Part shown: in pieces, positions 24,975 through 35,469 of the stretch
Position numbering within the stretch: the first letter of the stretch is position 1
How the letters are laid out: each line of letters starts with the position of its first letter
Assembly (NCBI GenBank): GCA_030390025.1
Contig: CM059432.1
Coordinates: 133,736,001-133,800,000 of the forward strand
DNA: 64,000 nucleotides
Source of the DNA: Squalus acanthias
Taxonomy: Eukaryota
Direction of reading: 5' to 3'
Made by a program: the position numbers and the translations under genes
Notes under the pieces: generated by a model
Told to the model about the DNA's origin: nothing
The model's database searches: none
What the model saw: only the letters and a program-made list of their open reading frames with translations

Positions 24975-27550
24975 CTTTTAAATTTAAGTAAGGCAAACTT
25001 TGAAGGAGTGAGAAAAGAACTGACTGCAGTAAACTGTACTGAACTGCTAATGGGTAAACCTACAGACACACAGTGGGAAGTATTCAAAGAACCATTTGGT
25101 ACGATATTAAACCAGCACATATCGCTGAAAGGCAAAGGCTCCACTTGTGTCGTTAAGCAACCATGGTCAACAAATGATGTAAGGGACAGAATCAAGCTAA
25201 AGGAAAAGGCTTACACAAATGCGAGGAAAACTGGAGATCTAACAGACTGGAAGAGCTATAAAAAGCAACGAAGGGATACAAAGAAAGTCATAAGAGGTGC
25301 AAGAAGGGAATAGGAAAGAAAACTTGCAAATGATATCAAAGTTAACACCAAAAGTTTTTATAAATATAGTAAAAGAGGGTGGTAAAGAGGAATGTGGGCT
25401 CATTAAAGACGGATGCAGGCAAGATTATAGTGGATAATAAGGAAATGGCAGACTTGTTAAATGAGTACTTTATATCCATTTTCACAGTGGAGGAAAAGGA
25501 CAAAGTACCAGCAGTACAAGGAAACCAAAAAATAAGTCAAGGGGAAGAACTTATTGGATTTAATATAAGTTAAAAAAAAGGTAATGGAGAAAATAATGTG
25601 ACTTAAAATAGACAAATCTCAAGGACCTGATGGTTTCCACACCAGGACATTAAAAGAAATAGGTGAGGAAATTGCAGATGTGTTAGTCATAATTTTCCAA
25701 AAGCTCTCTAGATTCAGAAATTGTGCCTTTGGTTTGGAAAATTGTGAATGTCACTCCATTATTTAAGAAGAAAAGGACAGAGAAACCAGGTAATCACAGA
25801 GCAGTCAGCTTAACATCAATTGTGGGGAAGTTACTGGAATCTATCATCTGAGACATTGGGCTGGATTTTCTCAGCCCCGAGGAGGCGGGTATGGAGGCGG
25901 GACTGCCAGGAAAGTGGCAGAATTTGGGGGGTGGGTGGCAAACCTGCCCCCAACCCACCTCCGTGCCCTCTTGCCAGGAGGCGGGAAGCCGCCCCGGGTC
26001 CCGTCTCCTTGGAGGCAGGAAGGGATTAAAGCCTATTAACTGCCTGTTAACAGGTAGTTAACAGGCAGAAAATAGGATTATCCCCATTTTTCGTGCTGAA
26101 GTGCGGGCTTCCCGACCTGGGGGAACCCCACCGGGGTGTAGGAGGCGAGCAGTGGGTCTGCGGGGGTTGGAGGGGTCTGAAAGTGCGATGTAGAGGTGAG
26201 TGATGGGTGCAAGTGTGGAGTGGTAAGTATGTGAGGTAAGTGTAAAGTGTTAGAAAATGTTAACTTACCTTTGTTTCTACCTACAGCCTTCAGCCGCTGT
26301 GGAGCCGGAGTCCCGACATCTCCATTGTAGAGATCACAGACTGGCTGTTGGATCCTCCGATACAACAGCCAGCTGATTTCTGCAAAGTAGAAAGTTTTGA
26401 TGAGTCCTGAACACAAGGACTCATCAAACTACACAGAATGTCAGTGTTTGACAGCTTCATAGAGCTGTCAAACGATGACATTTCTTCTTTCAAAAATTCT
26501 TGACAGATGACACGTCATACGTTGACGTTCTCTGTCACTGACTTCCCCCTAATTGGCCTGCTGAGCCCGCCGGGCGGGCTTAACAAGGTCAATCAGGGGA
26601 AAATCTCGCTGGTTGGCCAGAGGCTGATGAAGACGGGACTGAAACCCGGCAAGCAGCAGTCCCGCCTCCAACACGTCTCCATTCATAAAATCCAGCCCAG
26701 AGTGACTGATCACTTGGATAAGTATCAGCTGATCAAGAGTCAGCATAGTATTATAAAGGGTAGGTCATGTCTCACTAAATATGAGTTGAAATTTTTGAGG
26801 AGATCACCAGCATGGTGCATAGGGAAGTGTCTATGAATGTTGTCTATATAGACTTCCAGAATGCATTTGATAAGGTCCCGCACAAGAGATTAGCAAAAGT
26901 GAGAGCGCACAGAATTGGAAGTAACTTTGTGACATGGGTCGGTAATTAGTTAGGAGGTAGAAGACAGAGAGTGGGGATAAAGGGAATGTTCCCTGAATGA
27001 CAGGATATGACAAGTAATGTTCCTCAGGGATCTATACTGGGGCCTATGCTTTTCACCATATTTATTAATGATTTGGATGACGGAATAGAGAGATGTATAT
27101 CCAAGTTTGCAGTAGACATTAAGTTAGGAGGCTCAGTAAGTTGTGTAGATGGAATAGGAACGTTATAAAAGATATAGACAGACTAAGTGAGTGGGCAAAA
27201 CTATGGGAGATGGAGTTCTAGGTGAGGAACTGTAAGGTCATCCACTTAGGATCTGAGGAAGATAAATCAGAATATTTTCTGAATGGGGAGAATTTAAGAG
27301 CTTTGATGGAGCAAAGGAAATTAGGTGTCATGTACACAAATCACTAAGAGCTAGTGCACAGGTCCAGAAAGTAATCAAAAAGGCTAATGGAATGCTGGCC
27401 TTTAACTCAAGAAGGCTGGAATACAGAAACGGGAGGAAGTGTAACCAGGGCGGGTAGATGGAGTTAAGATACAGATCAGACATGATCTCAGTAAATGGTG
27501 GAACAGGCTCGAGGGCCTGAATGGCCTACTCCTGTTCCTATATTCCTAAA
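24975..27550 (+). mobile_element. Decayed CR1 ORF2 fragment, interrupted by MITE 25858-26698
   Basis: LNLSKANF..., GPDG, DFQNAFDKVPHKRL-like sequence with stops; CR1 3' UTR at about 27450-27550. Confidence 0.85.
25858..26698. mobile_element. MITE family B inserted in a CR1; relatives at about 44075-44870 and 45785-46496
   Basis: TIR GGGCTGGATTTT / AAAATCCAGCCC; shared TTAAC.GC.TGTTAACAGGTAGTTAA block; TSD not clean. Confidence 0.75.
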
Positions 27551-28097
27551 CTGAGTCCCGCCAGTTAAAATCGGCCAGGCCTGACACCGCCGAGTCCATG
27601 GAGGACTCTCACCCGCCCCAATCCACCCCAGGTTAAAATCGGGGCTATGAAAGTATCATTGCAGTTGTGTCCTTATTGGGCAGCTATTTTTCACTGATAC
27701 AAACACGTGATGTGTATGAAAGTTTCGGAAACCAAACTGATCTTGGGTTTTAATTTGTTTGTCTCTAAAGTGTAATTAGCACTAGGTTCTTAAAAGTAGC
27801 AAAATATACCTGAAAGCTACACGACACTAGTTTTAATTGTTTATTTGAAGAGCCTTTACTAAAATAATTAGCCCCTGAAAAATAAATTAGCTGAAACAAT
27901 AATGCTGGCAGTCGGGGCAGGTGCAATGATTCGGTAGTTAACAACATTTGTATTTTTTAAGTCTTTTACATTTTCAAATGAAACGATTTCTTTGAAGAGC
28001 TCACTGTTTTAATAAGAGCTTGGAAATAAACAGATTCTGTGCAACGTTAAGGAGGTCACTGTACATTTCTTGTTATCTTGCCTTTAAAGTCTGTCAC

Positions 28098-28123
28098 CAC
28101 ACACACACACACACACACACACA
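28098..28123. repeat. (CA)n microsatellite just inside the intron after exon D
   Basis: About 13 CA units. Confidence 0.95.
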
Positions 28124-28170
28124 TTCTTTATTGATCCAAAGAGGCTCGTGTCGTACAGTAATAGACTTAC

Positions 28171-28247
28171 GTCTGGAAGGCCGCATGAAGGCTCTCCTGC
28201 AAAATCTCGGATTGTTCAGGGTTGAGCTCCTCCCGAGGTTTTGCTTC
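28171..28247 (-). CDS. OFCC1: OFCC1-like internal exon D (EAKPREELNPEQSEILQESLHAAFQ)
   Basis: ttttctttag| ... |gtaagt; 77 nt, phase 0-2; matches the phase of the next exon exactly (T-AEKQLL). Confidence 0.8.
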
Positions 28248-30540
28248 CTAAAGAAAACAGAAGCCGCCATGGGTGAAGCTACCAGTTGAGACAGAAATAA
28301 AAATTGTGGCCCGGAATCTGCAGGGGTAGAAATTTCACATCGCTGAAGAATGGAATTCCGCCATAACTCCAGGGAGGGGAGGTGGGTGTTGCAATTTGCG
28401 GAGGAAGTCGGATCCACCGGGCTTCCACCCCATTATCCCCGGTGTCCTGGGGCCAATATTTATCCCTCAAACAACACAACAAAAACAGATTATCTGGTCA
28501 TTATCACATTGCTGTTTGTGGGAGCTTGCTGTGCGCAAATTGGATGCCGCGTTTCCTACATCACAACAGCGACTACACTACAAAAGAACTTCATTGGCTG
28601 TAAAGCGCTTTGGGACGCTGTATAAAAGTGCAATCTTTCTTTCTTTCTTTCGTTGATGACTTGCCAGAAAATTGTGTTCCAGGGTCCTGGGCAACTTTTA
28701 TGCCCACGCTAAACTGTGTTAGCTCCAGCGCTCGGTGGGAATTCTACCCAAAGCACCCTTGATAGGCCCAGCGAGACCTACATCTGTTGAGAGTGGGTGT
28801 GCGTTCCCACTCTGGCCCTCACAAAGAAGAAAACAGCAATCTGTTCCAGAAGATGGGGGGGGAGAAGGATAAAATCATTTTAGTTATCTTTCTCTTGAGT
28901 CCAATACAGGTCCACCCCTACTCCTCGCTGCTCCAAGCTCCTCCATGGGACGGGCACCTCTATTGTGTCACTATAGGTGCAGGCGCCACTCCCCGAATAT
29001 TTAATTGGCCCCACCCGTGACATTATGACATGGTTGGCAGCAGGTCGCAGTGGTGGATGGAAGTCCACCACAATTCCTCGGGTGCAATGACGCCGTGGAA
29101 TTTCTGCCCTACGCATCTGTAAAATGAATCAGATACAGTCATTAGTACCTAGAATAACAAACATTAAAATGACTGTATCCCCACTTTGGATTGCTGCATA
29201 GACTCTTAATTACCTCAAGGGCAAAAACACTACATGAGGGTGTACTGAGCAATGCAGGCCAGGAGAAGCTCTCCGACCTGTCTCCATCGTGCTCATGTTC
29301 CTGTTTCCCCTCTGTGTCTCCCCTCTTCTAATTGTATTTCTCTCTTTTCTTGTTTCTCTCGCTGTGTTCTTCTGCCTCGTTCTCCCTACTTTTCTCATTT
29401 TCTTTAGGGATGGAGGTGGTGGATTATATGCCCGAGAGCAGAGCTGTGAAGCGCTGCAGGTTGCATGTTTGTGGTGACAGGTGTAGGGTAGAATTGTGGG
29501 TTGGAGGCCTAGGTGGCTCCCTTCACATCCTCCGCTGCTTCACCTGTCCCTGTTGCTTCCACTGCCACTGCATCACTTGCTGCTTTCCCCTTCCCACAGC
29601 CTCCAGCCAACTCCTTCCCATGTTCCCACCCCTTTGCTTACGTCACATCCCTGACCACTTTCCCTTTGCGTTACCTGCTCTATATCCACCCCCCCGACCC
29701 TTTGCTCCCCTTCACTTCCCATGTCGCTCATCCCCCTCTGACCCCTCCCTCCCCAAACCCCCCTCTTGCCTCCTCCACCCTCGACCTGTACCATCTCCCC
29801 TCCCGTGACCTCACCCACCAGCTGCCATTCTGTCACCTCACCACCCTTGAGCCTCCAGTCGAATTCCTGGATCCGTATCCCCTTCAATGGGCCCTCTAAC
29901 CATTTCAACCCTCACTGTCTGTCCCTACACCCTCCCCCAGCAGCCTGATGGCAAAGGCTTGTATCTTGCTCCCTTTCTCTTGTCGCCCAATGAGCTCCCC
30001 CTTCCTTGGCAGCTTTCTCAGCACAGGAAAACCAGTCATGTGTTGTTGTTTTTTTTAACATTATATTCTGTTTCTAGCACCACGGGCACTTTAAAAATCA
30101 GGAGCCCAGCAAAGGGAACAGGTGGCAGACAGTCTCAGGGGTGGGGCTGGGAAAGCGGGTCCTAAAGAACAAACAGCCTTGGCACCAAGTTGTAGAGAGA
30201 AATGGGGTCCAAATAGCAAAGAGCTGCCACCAAGGCAGAGGTGGGAGTGGACCTAGGAGCAGGGAAGAAGCACAAGGGCCGAAAGCAGCTGAGAGGGGGC
30301 AAAACCAAGGGGAGGAAGCAGCAGTGGGGCCTAAAGCAACCCAGACAAAATTCAGGGGACAGGACAGAAGCTGGCTTAAAGTAAGGAGAGGTGGCGTTGG
30401 TGCACAGATAAAGCAACACAGCGCTTACAGGGAAGGAGCAGGACCTGAAGTGGCCAAGAAGTAGTAGAGATGCCAAAGATAAAAGTGGGAATGGGGCCGA
30501 CAGACAGACTGGAGAAGCAGGGCCATGATCTCAAGCAGCA

Positions 30541-30658
30541 GAGGGCAATTTTAACCTAACCCCACTTCAATGGAGAGTAAAATTGGGCGGGGTGTGAAAC
30601 CAGCGTTCCACCCGAACCCGTCAGTTTCCCGACAGGCGGTCAGGTTAAAATTGCCCCC
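30541..30658. mobile_element. Mini-MITE; similar short elements at about 18822-18956 and 19367-19633
   Basis: TIR GGGCAATTTTAACCT / AGGTTAAAATTGCCC. Confidence 0.65.
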
Positions 30659-32186
30659 ACAGTTTCTGTTGAGGTGGGAGATCCAATGGTGAAAACAAAA
30701 TAATAGGCAGAGCTGGACAACTCGCACAGTAGTACCACCTAATGTCAGGAGGCCTGCAATTACAGCATGATGCCAAATGCTGACATAGGGCTTTACCAGT
30801 ATAAAAATATTGGCAACCTTGAAACAGGGGCCCTGACAATGCTCCGCTCTTCCAGGGCACTTCCACGGTAACTCCAGTAGAGGGCACAGGAAATAGGCCA
30901 GGGCCCGGATACATGGGTCCCGCCCGGCCTGCAATGCTGGTTTCTGAGGCAGGAAATGAGTCCGCCCCAAAAATGGTCCATCACTTCAGAGGGGCAGGGC
31001 CAAGGGGGAATCTGAGCCTGGGAGGTTTCTTGGCCCCAGCCTGCTTCAATGAGAAGAGGTGTACCGGCCACTAACCTGGCAGGTGTGGGGTGTACCTTGA
31101 GGGTCAGGCCAGGAAAGCAGCCTGAACTCCTGAAGATTTGAAGAAGATTGGTAGTATTTTTGCAGCCCAGTCCGGCAATGCCTCGAATTAAAAATTCTCA
31201 TCCTTGTTCTCAAATCCCTCCATGGCCTCTCCCCTCCCTATCTCTGTAACTTCCTGCAGCTCTACAGCCCTCTGAGATCTCTGCGCTCCTCCAAATCTGG
31301 CCTCTTGCGCATCCCCAATTTTCATCACTCCATCATTGCCACCGGCGCCTTCAGCTGCCTGGGCCAGAAGCTCTGAAAATCCCTCCCTAAATCTCTCCGC
31401 CTCTCTACCTCGCTCTCTCCTCCTTCAAGATGCTCCTTAGACCCTACCTCTCTGACCAGGCTTTTGGACACCTATCCTAATATCTCCTTATGTGGTTTGG
31501 TGTCAAATTTTTGTTTGATAATCGCTCCTGTGAAGCGCCTTGGGACATTTTATTACATTAAAGAGAAAGAAAAAGACTTGCATTTCTATAGCACCTTTCA
31601 CGACCTCTGGACGTTCCAAAGTGCTTTACAGCCAATGAAGTACTTTTGAAGTGTAGTCACTGTTGCAATGTAGGAAACGCAGCAAACAGCAAACTCCCAC
31701 AAGCAGCAATGTGATAATGGGCCAGAAATTCGGCTTTCCGGCTTCCTGCGGGTGCAAGCATCGCGCGCGTTCTTGCCTACCGCGCCTGCCGTTGTGCTTT
31801 GGGCCCACGAGGACTTCGGCTCCTGGGCCTCCCCCAGGGGCGCAGTTAGTTCGAAGCGTCCCCTGGGATCACGTGGGCCATGGAGAGCCAATCCTAACAG
31901 GGCATTTTCATTCATAGATTTGACAGGAAGACCCAAAACTTCAAATAAATTTTAAAAAACATCACATTTTTAAAATAACTATAAGTTACATAAATTAACT
32001 ACTTTAAACAAAAATTTAAATTTTTGAAAAAATTAATTATACTTTTTAACGGTGCTAAAAATAAACTTACCTTTCTTTAAAGTATCTAAAAAAGATAAAC
32101 CTGTTGAAAAAATGTTTAAATTGTAATTAATTAACCACTTACCTTGTTAAAAACAGGCCTTGTGCCTCCTTTTTAAAAGTGCAGCT

Positions 32187-35100
32187 TCCTGGCGAATCGA
32201 ATAACTAGGGCTGTGGAGAGGGCTTTAAACTAATTAGTGGGGGGGAGGTTTCAAGAGAGCAAAAAATAAAAATGACAACAGAGAGGGTCATAGACATAGG
32301 TAGCAGTAGGGGAATCACAAATCAGAGCGTGGCAGGAAGGGACAGGGTGTGTGGAGTAAAAGGTAAACTGGTAAAAAGTGAAAAAGCAGGAACTAAGTGC
32401 CACAAAGCATATTTGAAAGTTCTCTATCTGAATGCACGTAGCATTCGTAACAAAATAGACGAGTTAATGGCACAAATAACTACATATGGTTATGATATTG
32501 TGGCCATTACAGAAACATGGCTGCAGGGTGACAATGCCTGGGAATTAAACATACCAGGTTATTTAACGATCAGGAAGGACAGGCAGGAAGGAAGGGGAGG
32601 TGGGGTGGCTATGTTAATAAAGGAAGGAATCACTGTAATACAGAGTAATGATATTGGGTCAAAAAATCATGATAATGAAACAGTTTGGGTGGAGATAAGG
32701 AATAATAAGGGGAAAAAAACATTAGTGGGCGTAGTCTATAGGCCTCCGAACAGTTGCAACTCTATTGGACGGAGTATCAATCAGGAAATAGTTGAGGCAT
32801 GTAATAAGGGAACATCTATAATTATGGGGGATTTTAACTATCATATTAATTGGACAAATCAAATGGGGCAGGGCTGCCTTGAGGATGAGTTCATTGAGTG
32901 TATTAGGGATGGGTTTCTTGAGCAGTATGTAACTGAACCGACCAGGGGGCAAGCAACCTTAGATCTGGTCCTGTGTAACGAGACAGGATTAATTAAAAAT
33001 GTCCTAGTAAAGGATCCCCTTGGAATGAGTGACCATAACATGGTTGAATTCCATATTCAATTAGAGGGTGAGAAGGTTGGATCTCAAACAAGCGTGCTAA
33101 GCTTGAATAAAGGAGACTATGAAGGTATGCGAGCGGAATTGAGTAGAGTGGATTGGGAAAATAGATTAAAGGGTAAGACGACACATGATCAGTGGTGTAC
33201 ATTCAAGGAGTTATTTTACAACTTCCAAAAAAAATATATTCCACTGAAAAGAAAAGGGTGTAAAAGAAAGGACAGTCATCCGTGGCTAAGTAAAGAAATT
33301 AAGGATAGTATTCGACTAAAAACAAGGGCATATAAGGTAGCGAAATCTAGTGGGAGGACAGAGGATTGGGAAAACTTTAAAAGGCAGCAAAAAATAACAA
33401 AAAGATTGATTAAGAAAGGGAAGATAGATTATGAAAGTAAATTAGCAAAAAATATAAAAACAGATAGTAAGAGTTTTTATAGTTATATAAAAAGAAAAAG
33501 GGTGGCTAAAGTAAATGTTGGTCCCTTAGAGGATGAGACCGGGAAATTAATGGTGGGAAATATGGAGATGGCAAAAACACTGAATGAATATTTTGTATCA
33601 GTCTTTACAGTAGAGGACACTAAGAATATCCCAACACTGGACAAACAGGGGGCTATAGGGGGAGAGGAGCTAAACACGATCAAAATCACTAAGGAAGTGG
33701 TACTCGGTAAAATAATGGGACTCAAGGCGGATAAATCACCTGGACCTGATGGCTTACATCCTAGAGTCTTGAAGGAAGTGGCGGTAGGGATTGTAGATGC
33801 ATTGGTAATAATTTTTCAAAACTCCCTGGATTCCGCTAAGGTCCCGGCAGACTGGAAAACTGCTAATGTAACACCCTTATTTAAAAAGGGCAGTAGACAG
33901 AAGGCTGGTAACTATAGACCGGTTAGCCTAACATCTGTGGTAGGTAAAATTTTGGAGTCCATTATTAAGGAAACAGTAACAGGACATTTGGATAATCATA
34001 ATTTAATAGGACAAAGTCAGCATGGTTTTACGAAGGGGAAGTCATGTTTGACAAATTTGCTGGAGTTCTTTGAGGAAGTAACATATAGAGTGGATAAAGG
34101 GGAACCAGTGGACGTAGTGTATTTAGACTTCCAAAAGGCATTTGACAAGGTGCCACACAAAAGATTATTGCTTAAGGTAAAAAATCACGGGATTGGGGGT
34201 AATATTCTGGCATGGATAGAGGATTGGCTATCTAACAGAAAGCAAAGAGTTGGGATAAATGGTTCATTCTCAGACTGGCAATCAGTAACTAGTGGTGTTC
34301 CACAGGGGTCAGTGCTGGGTCCCCAACTCTTCACAATCTATATTAACGATTTGGAGGAAGGGACCAAGTGTAACATATCAAAATTTGCAGATGATACAAA
34401 GATGGGAGGGAAAGTAGTGAGTGAGGAGGACATAAAAAACCTGCAAGGGGACATAGACAGGCTAAGTAAGTGGGCAGAGATTTGGCAGATGGAATACAAC
34501 ACTGGAAAGTGTGAGGTGATGCACTTTGGCAGGAAAAATCCTAGAGCAATTTATTATCTTAATGGCAAGAAACTGGAGAGTACTGAAGTGCAAAGGGATC
34601 TGGGGGTCCTGGTGCACGAAACTCAAAAGGTTAGTATGCAGGTGCAGCAAGTGATTAAGAAGGCAAATGGAATGTTGGCTTTCATTGCTAGGGGGATAGA
34701 ATATAAAAATAGGGAGGTATTGCTTCAGTTGTACAAGGTATTGGTGAGACCGCACCTGGAATACTGCATACAGTTTTGGTGTCCTTACTTAAGGAAAGAC
34801 ATCCTTGCTCTCGAGGCAGTGCAAAAAAGGTTCACTCGGTTAATCCCGGGGATGAGGGGGTGGTCATATGAGGAGAGGTTGGGTAGATTGGGACTCTACT
34901 CATTGGAGTTCAGAAGAATGAGAGGCGATCTTATTGAAACATATAAGATTGTGAAGGGGTTGGATCGGGTGGATGCGGGGAGGATGTTCCCGATGACGGG
35001 TGAGACGAGAACTAGGGGACATAGTCTTAGAATAAGGGGCTGCTCTTTCAAAACTGAGATGAGGAGGAACTACTTCACTCAGAGGGTGGTAGGTCCATGG

Positions 35101-35469
35101 AATATGCTGCCACAAAAAGCTGTAGAAGCTACAACATTAATTAAATTTAAAACAGAAATAGACAGTTTCCTAGAAGTAAAGGGCATTAAGGGTTACGGGG
35201 AGCGGGCAGGAATTTGGACATGAGTCTAGGTTCGGATCGGTCATGGCCCTGTGGGTAGTGGAGCGGGCCCAGGGACTGTGTAGCCTGATTCTGCTCCTAT
35301 TTCGTGTGTGCAATTCTGTTAGATGCAGGAGATGGTTCTGTGATAGATAGTAGATTGGCGGTTAGGATCAGATCAGCCATGATCTTATTGAATGGCGGAG
35401 CAGGCTCGAGGGGCCGATTGGCCTACTCCTGCTCCTATTTCTTATGTTCTTATGTTCTTATGTTCTTAT
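32187..35469 (+). mobile_element. CR1 LINE, 5'-truncated in ORF1, intact ORF2, (TTCTTATG)n-type tail
   Basis: End of ORF1 (LANRITRAVERALN*), ORF2, 3' UTR and octamer tail; inserted into MITE 31719-35689. Confidence 0.95.
32272..35223 (+). CDS. CR1 ORF2, AP endonuclease plus reverse transcriptase, 983 aa
   Basis: YLNARS, ITETWL, YRPP, GDFN, LDLVL, SDH; PGPDG, YLDFQKAFD, GVPQGSVLGP, FADD; no stops or frameshifts. Confidence 0.95.
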   Translation: MTTERVIDIGSSRGITNQSVAGRDRVCGVKGKLVKSEKAGTKCHKAYLKVLYLNARSIRNKIDELMAQITTYGYDIVAITETWLQGDNAWELNIPGYLTIRKDRQEGRGGGVAMLIKEGITVIQSNDIGSKNHDNETVWVEIRNNKGKKTLVGVVYRPPNSCNSIGRSINQEIVEACNKGTSIIMGDFNYHINWTNQMGQGCLEDEFIECIRDGFLEQYVTEPTRGQATLDLVLCNETGLIKNVLVKDPLGMSDHNMVEFHIQLEGEKVGSQTSVLSLNKGDYEGMRAELSRVDWENRLKGKTTHDQWCTFKELFYNFQKKYIPLKRKGCKRKDSHPWLSKEIKDSIRLKTRAYKVAKSSGRTEDWENFKRQQKITKRLIKKGKIDYESKLAKNIKTDSKSFYSYIKRKRVAKVNVGPLEDETGKLMVGNMEMAKTLNEYFVSVFTVEDTKNIPTLDKQGAIGGEELNTIKITKEVVLGKIMGLKADKSPGPDGLHPRVLKEVAVGIVDALVIIFQNSLDSAKVPADWKTANVTPLFKKGSRQKAGNYRPVSLTSVVGKILESIIKETVTGHLDNHNLIGQSQHGFTKGKSCLTNLLEFFEEVTYRVDKGEPVDVVYLDFQKAFDKVPHKRLLLKVKNHGIGGNILAWIEDWLSNRKQRVGINGSFSDWQSVTSGVPQGSVLGPQLFTIYINDLEEGTKCNISKFADDTKMGGKVVSEEDIKNLQGDIDRLSKWAEIWQMEYNTGKCEVMHFGRKNPRAIYYLNGKKLESTEVQRDLGVLVHETQKVSMQVQQVIKKANGMLAFIARGIEYKNREVLLQLYKVLVRPHLEYCIQFWCPYLRKDILALEAVQKRFTRLIPGMRGWSYEERLGRLGLYSLEFRRMRGDLIETYKIVKGLDRVDAGRMFPMTGETRTRGHSLRIRGCSFKTEMRRNYFTQRVVGPWNMLPQKAVEATTLIKFKTEIDSFLEVKGIKGYGERAGIWT

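Noticed and set aside
26396..26430. TGATGAGTCC as a hammerhead ribozyme core
   Set aside because: Lacks the CTGA start and a correctly placed GAAA; it is one arm of a simple palindrome
29332..30476. Overlapping ORFs of 100-158 aa
   Set aside because: Pyrimidine/purine-skewed low-complexity sequence with no domain or convincing splice fit
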